Part shown: positions 37,817-45,108 of the stretch, piece after piece | How positions within the stretch are numbered: position 1 is the stretch's first letter | Layout: every line of letters begins with the position of its first letter | DNA from: Planctomycetia bacterium | GTDB taxonomy: Bacteria > Planctomycetota > Planctomycetia > Pirellulales > PALSA-1355 | Assembly: GCA_031400775.1 (NCBI GenBank) | Contig: JANNQN010000055.1 | Location: 9,056-73,055, forward strand | Direction: 5' to 3' | Length of the DNA: 64,000 bases | Made by a program: the position numbers and the translations under genes | Notes under the pieces: generated by a model | Seen by the model: the letters and a program-made list of their open reading frames with translations, nothing else | Told to the model about the DNA's origin: nothing | Databases searched by the model: none

Positions 37817-38212
37817 TTAGTGAAGCGTCTTAGCCTCCTTGAGAAGCTCGGTTGCATCCGTCGCCGAGACAACTCCCTCTGAATCATAGGCCAGATCGTT
37901 TCGCTTGCGACGGCAGCGATCGAGGTAGTCGGCGGTCTTATTGACGGATGAGCCAAGGGCGAGCTTCAGGGCCTGGAAAGTCGCTTGATGAGCGCCCTGG
38001 CCCTTCACCCTGTAGCCCGCACACGCAACGGCCATTTTTGCGGCAAGGAGAGCGGCCTGATAGGCGATGGAAAAGCGATTATCCGCGGAGAGCTCTTTGA
38101 TCGCGGCGTCACCTAAGTTCCGCTCAATGGCTGCACGCAGGTCATCGAGCTCGGCTTTGCTCGTGACGTGCGGTTCGACGCGGCCTTGATTTTGCAAATT
38201 CTTCCAAGTCAT
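37817..38212 (-). CDS. HEPN-like helical protein, putative partner (toxin) of the upstream nucleotidyltransferase
   Basis: 131 aa from ATG 38212; predicted all-alpha. 'RCRRKRNDLAYD' resembles the HepT 'RNxxxHxY' motif but has Tyr where His is expected. There is also 'RVKGQGAH' (R-x6-H). It overlaps the upstream gene by 71 nt. Confidence 0.5.
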   Translation of the reverse strand: MTWKNLQNQGRVEPHVTSKAELDDLRAAIERNLGDAAIKELSADNRFSIAYQAALLAAKMAVACAGYRVKGQGAHQATFQALKLALGSSVNKTADYLDRCRRKRNDLAYDSEGVVSATDATELLKEAKTLH

Positions 38213-38786
38213 GTTCGGCGCCTGCAACGAAGATTTTCTCTTTTGCAAGCACTGACCGCAAGAAGTGATTTTTGCGTCCGAGCTTCTCGGCAAAATCGCT
38301 AGGGGAATAGACCGTCACATTGACAGGTCGACCCAGGCGACTCTCGGCTTTTGCGAGAGCAGGAGTGAGGCCGGAGAGCGTGGTTCGGCCGACGAGCAAC
38401 AAATCAACATCGCTCCCGGAGCGCTCTTCGCCCCTGGCGACTGAGCCATGGACGAAGGCGACCTTGATCGACTTCGAGTGTGGGCGGAGAACATCGCGGA
38501 GAACATCCACAAGCCCCACCGTCTTCGTCAATAGGCTCCGCAGCTCCGGCAACAGGGGGCATTCCGGGTTTGCCGCGAAATAAGCTCTGTTTCCCTCGGT
38601 CCACTTTTTGAGGATCCCCGCCTGGACAAGCGACGCTAGCGGCCGTTGCAGGGTTGAAGGCGTGCGAGTGAGGCGTCTTGCCAGGTCATGCAAGTACCAC
38701 GGCTTCTCCCGTTCCAGCAGCAGGGCGGTTAGTATCTCCTGGACGGACCTGGAGAGCAGGGGGTCGAGGGAGTTTCCTGTACGCAT
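38142..38786 (-). CDS. winged-HTH-fused minimal nucleotidyltransferase (MntA-like)
   Basis: N-terminal wHTH 'WYLHDLARRLTRTPSTLQRPLASLVQAGILKK'. NTase motif 'HGSVARGEERSGSDVDLLLVG'. The ATG at 38786 lies 8 nt downstream of a near-consensus -10 box. Confidence 0.8.
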   Translation of the reverse strand: MRTGNSLDPLLSRSVQEILTALLLEREKPWYLHDLARRLTRTPSTLQRPLASLVQAGILKKWTEGNRAYFAANPECPLLPELRSLLTKTVGLVDVLRDVLRPHSKSIKVAFVHGSVARGEERSGSDVDLLLVGRTTLSGLTPALAKAESRLGRPVNVTVYSPSDFAEKLGRKNHFLRSVLAKEKIFVAGAEHDLEEFAKSRPRRTARHEQSRAR

Positions 38787-38794
38787 AATACGTA

Positions 38795-38823
38795 AGTATA
38801 GACGCAAAACGCGTACATGTCAA
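38795..38823 (-). promoter_or_regulatory. near-consensus sigma-70 promoter TTGACA-N17-TATACT driving a probably leaderless MNT/HEPN operon
   Basis: The minus strand reads TTGACA (38823-38818), a 17-nt spacer, TATACT (38800-38795), then tacgtatt + ATG (38786). The spacer and downstream bases contain the palindromes ACGCGT and TACGTA. Confidence 0.55.
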
Positions 38824-38892
38824 ACGTTTTCATTCAGCAGTCGGGGGGTGCCATGTAGGTCGAAGCTGGCAAAAGAGCAAAAGCACAAAGGG

Positions 38893-39912
38893 CTACTTGA
38901 ACCGCTTCCTTAGCACCCACATCACCGCACAAGCGAAGATCGCTAGCAGTGCGGAACTTGGCTCAGGGACGGTTGCCACGCGGAATCCAATACCGGCGTC
39001 CTCGCCCACCGGGAGGATGTCGAACCGGCGCGAGGACCGCAAGTCGCTCGCGATGCCGACCCACAAACCACCCCGCAAACCCCGACGCGAGCCGCTAATC
39101 AAGGCTTCGTTCCACTCAATTAAGTTGCCCCCTTGGTCCGAAGTGCCGTAGAAGCTCTCGCTCAACGGTCCGGCGCTGCCGACGGTCGTCAAGTTGCCAT
39201 TCTGGCTGTTCCAATCAGCGCCTGCGTTGTAGTTGGCGACGTTGGCCCCCGGATTGCTGATGTCGCCTACGCTGTTGGCGGTGGCGATCGTGGGCGCGTT
39301 GTTGCTGCGCGTGGGATAAAGCCAGTAATCGTCCGCATCGCCACCCTGCGCAGCCGGCTGATGGTGGGCCGCCTTGTACCACTCGTTTTCGCTGGTCAGA
39401 AACCACGTCGCGCCGCCGTTGCGAGTGATGCTCAGACCGTTGCTGGGCGTGGGCGTGCCGCCTAAGAGCGTGTACGCGCCAGTTTCCGTGTCGCCGGTCC
39501 CCTGCCCGTTGTGCAGCCAGTTGGCAAAGCGGATCGAATCGTACCAACTCACATGGTTCACGGGCTTGTCGCCCATATCGGTCGTCGCGGCGTAGGTAAA
39601 GCTGCCGCTGACGCCACTGCGCGTGATCCCGCCCCTACGTATTAACAAGGTGCCCATACTTGTGTTGTACAGGGCCAACGGATCGCTGGCGGCCTTGGCG
39701 TTCAAGAACTCGGAGTACTGGGCGTTGGTCACTTCCGACGTGCCGATGTTGTAGGCATAGCCGACGCCGCCGTACAAGTTCCCAGTTGATGGGTCGTTGG
39801 CGTTGCCCGCATTGCCGACGGGGACCGTGTCGATCGTGACGGCCGAAGTCGCCAGCGGCGCGACGAGGAACGTCGCACAGAGAAGAATTAGCGAACAGAG
39901 AATGCGGGTCAT
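38893..39912 (-). CDS. formylglycine-generating-enzyme (SUMF1/EgtB/PvdO) family domain protein with a PEP-CTERM anchor
   Basis: Signal peptide 'MTRILCSLILLCATFLVAPLATSA'. 'PVNHVSWYDSIRFANWL', 'RGGLWVG'. C-terminal 'VPEPSSALLAIFACAVMWVLRKRFK'. Confidence 0.85.
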   Translation of the reverse strand: MTRILCSLILLCATFLVAPLATSAVTIDTVPVGNAGNANDPSTGNLYGGVGYAYNIGTSEVTNAQYSEFLNAKAASDPLALYNTSMGTLLIRRGGITRSGVSGSFTYAATTDMGDKPVNHVSWYDSIRFANWLHNGQGTGDTETGAYTLLGGTPTPSNGLSITRNGGATWFLTSENEWYKAAHHQPAAQGGDADDYWLYPTRSNNAPTIATANSVGDISNPGANVANYNAGADWNSQNGNLTTVGSAGPLSESFYGTSDQGGNLIEWNEALISGSRRGLRGGLWVGIASDLRSSRRFDILPVGEDAGIGFRVATVPEPSSALLAIFACAVMWVLRKRFK

Positions 39913-39961
39913 TAGCGGGCTCGTGAGGCTGTTGTCAGCGTCATCGTTTACAGGCCAGCAA

Positions 39962-40017
39962 AGAAACAGGGCGCTGGCGTTCCACCGGCAATGGCGGAGC
40001 GCAAGCGCCCTGTTTCT
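39962..40017. repeat. 56-nt near-perfect long hairpin/inverted repeat
   Basis: 13-bp perfect outer arms AGAAACAGGGCGC (39962-39974) and GCGCCCTGTTTCT (40005-40017). A 10-bp inner helix (GCGTTCCACC/GGCGGAGCGC) has one mismatch and one G-U pair. It lies 50 nt upstream of the FGE-family gene start. Confidence 0.65.
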
Positions 40018-40375
40018 GGGGAGAATCGAGTTGTGGTTGTCACTAGCGTGCTCCGTTTAGGTCGTCCCGGTGCGTCGTAGCGAGCGAAAGTTCACGCTTA
40101 GCATCGCGACCAGCCACCCGAGCGTCAAGTAATTTTGACCCGCCCGAAGAATTCTTGAGATTTCTGAGAATACCGGGACTCCGGTCGGTGGCCCGGTTCG
40201 TGAGACGCCCCGGCAGCTACGAGGTGTTCGGGGACAAGCGTGAAGCAGTAGCTTGTCCCTGAAAATGCCACCGCACGGTTTCCGCCAGAGTCTCGAAGGC
40301 ATAAGCGGACGAGCTTCGCGCAGGTCGCTATCACCAACAAGACGCGTTTCAGCCAACGGCGCCCCGGTGCGCGCC

Positions 40376-42016
40376 CTAACGGCTGGCGGTCTGGCTGCGT
40401 GCGGCTTGCAGGCCGGCATTCAGCACGGCGTCGTCGGCCGGGTCGTTGGCGGCCGTTTGTCCGCCCGTCACGGGGCGAGCCACGCGGTGTACGGCGATGT
40501 CGGGCTGGACACCCACGTTGCTGATCGGGTGTCCGCTGGGCGAATAGAACTTGGCCGTCGTCAATCGCACGCCCGATCCGGCCAGGCTCAGCGGGAAGAT
40601 ACCCTGGACCGAACCTTTGCCGTAGCTCCGCTCACCCACCAGGTTGCCGCGACGATGATCGCGAATGGCTCCGGCGAAAATCTCGCTGGCGCTGGCGCTC
40701 TCGCCGTCGATCAGCACGACCAACGGAACTCGCCACGTGCCGGCCTTGTGCGCCGTGTAGTTGAAATCTTCCAGCGGGCTGCGGCCCCGCGTCGAGACGA
40801 TGATGCCTTCCTCGACGAACTTGTCGGCCACTTCGACCGAGGAGGTCAGCAGGCCGCCCGGGTTGCCGCGCAGATCCATGATCAGGCACTTCATGCCCTG
40901 GCGGTGCAGCTTCCACAGGGCGGCGTCCAGGTCGCGACTGGTCGTCTTCTGGAAGCAGGTCAATTTCAGATAGCCGACGCCCGAGTCGGCGTCGATGATC
41001 TTCACTTCGTCGACGCTGGGCACTTCGACGTGCTCGCGGCGAATCGACAACCGGCGCGATGAGCCGTTGGAGCCGACTACGACGATCTTGACGATGCTGT
41101 TTTCCTGACCTTGCAGCAGGTCGGCGGCCTGATCGGTGGTCATCTCGGACGTGGCTTTTCCGTCGACCTCGGCGATCCGATCACCGGCGTGCAAGCCCGC
41201 TCGCTCGGCAGGGCTGCCGCTGATGACTTTGACGATCGCCAAGGCGCCGCCAGAAGCCTTCAATTCGATGCCCAAGCCCACGAAGTTGCCTTCGATCTGG
41301 GAGTAGACATCGTTGAGCTGATCGCTGGTCAGGTAGGCCGAATAGGCGTCCAGGGCACCGATGGCACCGCAGGCATATTCCAAAGCCACCGAAGTGACGG
41401 GCAGCTGCAAGTGCTGCTGGGCCAACTGGCCGACGGCCGAAACGGCGTCGACAGCCTGTTGCCGCGTGGTGATCTGGCGAGTTTGCAACAGGCGTCGCAG
41501 GCGGCCGGTGAAGGCGTCTAGATCGGCGGGAGTGCGACGAGCCAGGTTCTGCTCGACAAACGCTTTCTCATGCAGCGCGATTTCAAGGTCTTGCGTGCCG
41601 CGAGCCACGAGCGCCGCCCAGTTGGGGCTGGTCACGTAGTGCGACTCGATCTTCACCAGGACTTCCGAGTACAGGCTCAAGGCCTGCCGTTCGGGCAGCG
41701 TGGTCAGGGCCCGCAGAAAGCTGGAATCGCCATAGCGGCGTCCCAGGTCGTAGTGGATTTTGGCCAGATTGTGGCGGTCGCCGATCGTGGGCTCGTTCGG
41801 ATGATCGCGCAGGGCCTCTTCGTAGACCGTCAGCGCCTCGCCCCAACGACGTTCGCCCTCGAGTTGCGAAGCGCGGTGCAAAACTCCGTCCAGTTCCGCC
41901 ACCGAGATCTGTCCGGTCGGTGGAACAATGCGGACTTCGGCAACGGCCGGCGCGGCCAGGAAGGCAAGGAGGATCGCACAGAGCAACCATCGTCGCGGCC
42001 GCGTGATGTTTTGCAT
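40376..42016 (-). CDS. S41 family C-terminal processing peptidase with a PDZ domain
   Basis: Signal peptide after ATG 42016 ('MQNITRPRRWLLCAILLAFLAAPAVA'). PDZ 'IVKVISGSPAERAGLHAGDRIAEVDG'. 'LIMDLRGNPGGLL', 'VVLIDGESASASEIFAGA'. Confidence 0.9.
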   Translation of the reverse strand: MQNITRPRRWLLCAILLAFLAAPAVAEVRIVPPTGQISVAELDGVLHRASQLEGERRWGEALTVYEEALRDHPNEPTIGDRHNLAKIHYDLGRRYGDSSFLRALTTLPERQALSLYSEVLVKIESHYVTSPNWAALVARGTQDLEIALHEKAFVEQNLARRTPADLDAFTGRLRRLLQTRQITTRQQAVDAVSAVGQLAQQHLQLPVTSVALEYACGAIGALDAYSAYLTSDQLNDVYSQIEGNFVGLGIELKASGGALAIVKVISGSPAERAGLHAGDRIAEVDGKATSEMTTDQAADLLQGQENSIVKIVVVGSNGSSRRLSIRREHVEVPSVDEVKIIDADSGVGYLKLTCFQKTTSRDLDAALWKLHRQGMKCLIMDLRGNPGGLLTSSVEVADKFVEEGIIVSTRGRSPLEDFNYTAHKAGTWRVPLVVLIDGESASASEIFAGAIRDHRRGNLVGERSYGKGSVQGIFPLSLAGSGVRLTTAKFYSPSGHPISNVGVQPDIAVHRVARPVTGGQTAANDPADDAVLNAGLQAARSQTASR

Positions 42017-42572
42017 GAGCTCTTTCGTTCTGGGCTGACAGAGCTCCACGGCGCGCATCAAGCGCAACGGGGGCTGGGCAATCGGTTGAAATGAGCCGCG
42101 CCGCGCGTATTCGGCCATGAAGACTTCTGCGGAAGGCTCGTCTCGTGATGTCGTTCAAACGGAGGCCGGAAAGGCGGGTCCGGGGCTTCGGCCTGTTTCA
42201 ATATAGGTCACGAAATGGCTGCGGTCAAAAAACGTCGGCAACTTTTTTTCGCACTGGCAGTGCGCGCATCCGTCAAAACCCGCGCCACGGGGTGCGCGCC
42301 GCGGCGGATGTACCCAGTGTTCTCAGGAAACGGCCCGCGCCGAATGCTCCCGACGTGGCGAGCAGGCCGTGCGCGCGGCCAGGGTAAAACTTGCGGTCGC
42401 GCCAGGTGACGGAAAATCCGCTACAGGCCGCCCCCGCGGATGCTGGCATGTCGTGCCGTATAAGCCCCCTTTGCGATAGACAACCCGCGATGTCCAACTG
42501 GCCATATCCAACTGGACAGTCTCGCTCGCTCGGGGCCGGCTTGGACACGTCGCAATCCGGGAGCCGCCCGCG

Positions 42573-43616
42573 CTACACGCTTACCAGCCGCCGCTTGCGG
42601 ATGCTCTCGGTCTGCTTTTGACACAGGACCACCGCGTCGCGTGCCAGCTCGCCGTCCAATAGGGCCGAGCGCCGGCCGCTCTTGACCGTCTTTTGAGCTT
42701 CGGCCAACTCGCTGACAAACGCGTCGACCGGATCGGCTGAGGCCATCGTGGGCCGCTGGACTTTGCCGTCCGCCAATAGCACGGTCAGGGGCATATTCAC
42801 CTCGGGCTTGCCGTCGATGACCGCGAAATCGTAGAGAAGTGTCCCCTTCTCGAAGTGAATCTCGAAGCCCGCGCAGAATCCACGCCCTTGCTGGTGGATC
42901 ACGCCGCTCTCGGCGCTGACGACCAGCCGGCGATCTTCAAACAGGTATTGCGAGGTGAAATACTCGGCCACGTCGCCGCGCATGCGACCGGTCGCGAATA
43001 CCGCCTGGGGCATGCCGCACAGCAAGCGGATGAAATGCGCGTCGTGGACGTGCAGGTCGAGCATCGGCCCGCCGACCTTTTTGGGATCGTAGAAGTCCTT
43101 GAGCCACAGCGGGTCGGAGATCACGCGCTTGAAGTGCCCGCCTAGCAGCCGGCCCAGCTTGCCGCGCCGCGCGGTCTCATAGGCGTAGCCGTACTCGGGA
43201 AAGAACGGGAGCACCTGGCCGATCATCAACTGCTTGCCGACAGCCCCTGCCGTTTTGACCATGCGGTTCGCGTCGGCCGCCGAAAGCGCAATCGGCTTTT
43301 CACAAAAGACATGCTTGCCCGCCTTCAAGGCCGCGATCGCCACTTCGGCGTGCGCCGCCGGCGGAAGGCAGATGTCGATGACGTCGATCTTGGGATTGGC
43401 CAGCATGTCGCCGAGCTTTTCATACTTTTCGATGCCCGACAGATCCATCTTCTCGCCGGCCGGTCCAAAATTGCCTTTGATCGTCCGCCAATCGCCGGCC
43501 AACCGCGCGCGATCTTGCTCGCACACGGCGGCGACTTTCGCGCCCTTAAGTTTCTGATACGCCAGATAGTGAATCATGCCCATGAAGCCGATGCCGGCGA
43601 TGCCGATGCGAATCAT
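42573..43616 (-). CDS. Gfo/Idh/MocA family oxidoreductase
   Basis: 'MIRIGIAGIGFMGMIHYLAY' Rossmann N-terminus; 'HVFCEKPIAL'. Confidence 0.88.
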   Translation of the reverse strand: MIRIGIAGIGFMGMIHYLAYQKLKGAKVAAVCEQDRARLAGDWRTIKGNFGPAGEKMDLSGIEKYEKLGDMLANPKIDVIDICLPPAAHAEVAIAALKAGKHVFCEKPIALSAADANRMVKTAGAVGKQLMIGQVLPFFPEYGYAYETARRGKLGRLLGGHFKRVISDPLWLKDFYDPKKVGGPMLDLHVHDAHFIRLLCGMPQAVFATGRMRGDVAEYFTSQYLFEDRRLVVSAESGVIHQQGRGFCAGFEIHFEKGTLLYDFAVIDGKPEVNMPLTVLLADGKVQRPTMASADPVDAFVSELAEAQKTVKSGRRSALLDGELARDAVVLCQKQTESIRKRRLVSV

Positions 43617-43809
43617 TCGTCGTCGATTCCTGTAGTTTTGAACGGCCAAAAACGAGTTGCAGTCTTGCGCAAAACTTGCGCGATGAACTGAGCTGTAAGC
43701 TACACGCCCCGCTGCTCGAGGACCAGTTGTCGGGGCGCGGAAAGATTCGGAAAATGTTGTAAGTTGCTATGCGGCCTAAGCGAGCGCACGAGCGGCGCGC
43801 ACGGCTGGC

Positions 43810-43836
43810 TTGCTTTCCGTAAAAAACTGGTACAAT
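43810..43836 (+). promoter_or_regulatory. candidate promoter TTGCTT-N15-TACAAT, with the -10 box 8 nt from the ATG
   Basis: TACAAT at 43831-43836, ATG at 43845. This is the same -10-to-ATG geometry as the MNT promoter. The spacer to the -35 is short (15 nt). Confidence 0.3.
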
Positions 43837-43844
43837 CCTCGTCC

Positions 43845-44045
43845 ATGCCACTCGCCAAATGCCCAAGCTGCAACCGCGCGTTTCACGTCGATGCGGTCGA
43901 TCCTCAGTCGTGGTACAGCAAACGTTGGCCGCAACTGCAATCGGCGGAGTTCGTGCCAGACGTTTGCTGGACTTGTCGCAACGAACGACGGCTGACCTGG
44001 CATGCCAGCCTGGAAGGCGATGTCGACGAGCGCAAGGTCTCCTAG
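43845..44045 (+). CDS. small zinc-ribbon-like protein (66 aa, hypothetical)
   Basis: 'MPLAKCPSCNRAF...VCWTCRNE' is a CxxC...CxxC pair. ATG at 43845 within ORF 43764-44045. Confidence 0.45.
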   Translation: MPLAKCPSCNRAFHVDAVDPQSWYSKRWPQLQSAEFVPDVCWTCRNERRLTWHASLEGDVDERKVS

Positions 44046-44133
44046 TCGAGCCCATCGCCCAGTTGAGCTCGCTCTCGGCAATTCTCATCCAACGCACACA
44101 CGTTGATAACATTCGCCGCTACACTTGTGTGAC

Positions 44134-44382
44134 ATGGACCTCGACGAGCTCGACCAGCGCATCGATCGACTTAGCATCCGCAAGCAGTTGGATCTGCTGC
44201 TCAAGAGTCTCACCGAATCGAAGCACAAGCTGGAGATCTCCAATCTCTTGTGGCATCGCGTGCTGGCCGCCGAAGATTTGCTAACGCCTGAGGAATCCAA
44301 GGTATTCGATGCCGCCGCCGATGCGCTGCTCCACATTCGCGACTCGGTCGGCGTGCGGCGGAGGAATCGGCGAACGAAGTGA
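44134..44382 (+). CDS. small helical/coiled-coil protein (82 aa, hypothetical)
   Basis: 'MDLDELDQRIDRLSIRKQLDLLLKSLTESKHKLEISNLLWHRVL'. Basic tail 'RRRNRRTK'. Confidence 0.4.
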   Translation: MDLDELDQRIDRLSIRKQLDLLLKSLTESKHKLEISNLLWHRVLAAEDLLTPEESKVFDAAADALLHIRDSVGVRRRNRRTK

Positions 44383-44396
44383 GGCAAGCGTGGGCG

Positions 44397-44954
44397 TCAT
44401 CCTTTTGGCTGTTCCTGCGACCGCTGCTGCCGGGCTAGCGTGATTAACATCGGGTCGGGTAGCGACGCCTCGCCCAATTGGCGCAGCATGTTCACGACTT
44501 GCGCCGCCGTGTAATGGGCATGCGTGCAGACGTGCAACAACAGATCGCTGCGCGGCGTGCCGGTTCGCCGCCCATTCGACGATACCTTGAATACGATCTC
44601 GTCCAACGCCTCGCTGCTCAAGCCTTGCAAGTACGCTCGCCAGCGGGTTTCCAGGTCGGCCCACCGCTCGCGCAGCTCGGCAAACGATTGAATCCCGCCG
44701 ACATCTTCCTGGTTGCCCGGCAACTTGTCGGCCCGATCGCCTGGCAGCAGGGCCTTTTCGTCGCCCATGAGAGCTTGCAGCCACACGTACTCTGCGGCAT
44801 ACAGATGCATGAGAGATCTCCAGACCGATCCTTGCCCGATGGGCAGTGGCCGCCGGAGCGCCTCTGGGCTCAATGCGGCTGCTGAGTCCAGCAGCTTGCG
44901 GTTTACCGATTCCCGATGCTCGTGCATCCGGCGGATCACGTCGATGGCATTCAT
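44397..44954 (-). CDS. DinB family protein
   Basis: ATG at 44954 gives 185 aa. 'SVWRSLMHLYAAEYVW', 'LLLHVCTHAHYTAAQVVNMLRQLG' (His-containing four-helix-bundle pattern). Confidence 0.78.
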   Translation of the reverse strand: MNAIDVIRRMHEHRESVNRKLLDSAAALSPEALRRPLPIGQGSVWRSLMHLYAAEYVWLQALMGDEKALLPGDRADKLPGNQEDVGGIQSFAELRERWADLETRWRAYLQGLSSEALDEIVFKVSSNGRRTGTPRSDLLLHVCTHAHYTAAQVVNMLRQLGEASLPDPMLITLARQQRSQEQPKG

Positions 44955-45108
44955 GACGGTTTGAAACCTCCTGGGTGGGCCGCGACGGCAATACTGAGGG
45001 CTATCCGTAATACTATGCCAGTCCAATGACTTCGGCGAGGTTCGTGAATCGCGTTGAGACCGCTCTGCTGCCATGCTAGGCTGGAGGACCTCCTCCGGGA
45101 TTGCCCCA

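Noticed and set aside
38805-38807. TTG start for the MNT gene, as given in the ORF track.
   Set aside because: - It lies upstream of the -10 box of the only convincing promoter.
- The ATG at 38786 fits the promoter geometry.
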